In this document: positions 63,738 to 64,000 of the stretch, in pieces
Position numbering within the stretch: the stretch's first letter is position 1
How the letters are laid out: each line of letters begins with the position of its first letter
Assembly: GCA_905235575.1 (NCBI GenBank)
Contig: CAJOLZ010000010.1
Span: forward strand, 13,186 to 77,185
Direction: 5' to 3'
Length of the DNA: 64,000 nucleotides
Source of the DNA: an uncultured Bacteroidaceae bacterium
Lineage (GTDB): Bacteria > Bacteroidota > Bacteroidia > Bacteroidales > Bacteroidaceae
Made by a program: the position numbers and the translations under genes
Notes under the pieces: model-generated
Databases searched by the model: none
What the model saw: only the letters and a program-made list of their open reading frames with translations
Told to the model about the DNA's origin: nothing

Positions 63738-64000
63738 AGGTTAGAAATTCAACATTTCGCACCACGCACTGCCTCGCAGCCGAGCACATCGATTCTCACA
63801 ACTTCTCACACCCTTTTTCGAGGCCCCATGTACGAGGAAATGCAAGGCAACATTCCGATTTTCGTACATCTGAGCCAATCTACATCGGACTTCGCCTCGA
63901 TTTGAACTACGATATGGTCTGAAATACGTACCAAGTTTCGCCTTTCGACTCGATTATTCGCACCGTCAAAGCGCCTGCTGACGCGAATCAGGAGGAAAAA

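Noticed and set aside
63806-64000. A minus-strand frame is open from the window edge to a TGA at 63806-63808, which could be the C-terminus of an edge gene.
   Set aside because: Its codon usage (multiple AGG, CGA, GTA, AGA) is unlike the confident genes in this window, and the peptide has no recognisable features. This cannot be decided without sequence beyond the window.

Overview
The window looks like a Bacteroidota chromosome segment, most likely Prevotellaceae. The taxon is inferred from three things: TAnnTTTG -7 promoter boxes 19-32 nt upstream of most first-gene start codons, T9SS C-terminal sorting domains, and a Bacteroidetes-type dcw cluster with an FtsL-like gene and no murF or ddl. 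Coding density is high and the content is mostly housekeeping. In order: a partial ABC exporter; sppA-lpxK-PNP-thiL; a ComEA-like gene plus two tandem Na+-dependent (SNF) transporters; fadD-prfB-small ORF-CYTH; an M20 peptidase; tRNA-Glu and rpsT; recO; the full dcw cluster mraZ-rsmH-ftsL-ftsI-murE-mraY-murD-ftsW-murG-murC-ftsQ-ftsA-ftsZ on the minus strand (17.3-32.8 kb); a cyclophilin; a four-gene surface-protein operon (PCMD lipoprotein, OM beta-barrel, calycin-like T9SS cargo, PCMD/cadherin-like/dockerin protein); a membrane AraC-type regulator; an operon with the glycine-lipid-type acyltransferase pair, dGTPase, dUTPase, a TPR protein, DUF4292 and an M23 peptidase; gyrB; a GH-like protein; ispG-rmuC; an ECF sigma module; RNase R; an SDR epimerase; and a TPR-AraC regulator. 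I found no transposase, integrase, phage, CRISPR-cas or recognisable defence genes, so I cannot support a novel multi-gene system here. The main signal that gene annotation does not explain is a dispersed, roughly 88-bp GC-rich palindromic element built from four 22-bp units (core GTCGCARCGTGGTGCG). It occurs 13 times plus one solo unit, fills most long intergenic spacers, is often oriented like an intrinsic terminator, and once lies inside the 5' coding region of murC. Other observations include a likely MraZ operator, a 27-bp inverted repeat at matching distances upstream of mraZ and of the surface-protein operon, a recurrent TATTGAWAATCAAAC intergenic motif, and a frame-disrupted dockerin gene. 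All protein calls rest on motif recognition by eye; no database searches were run.
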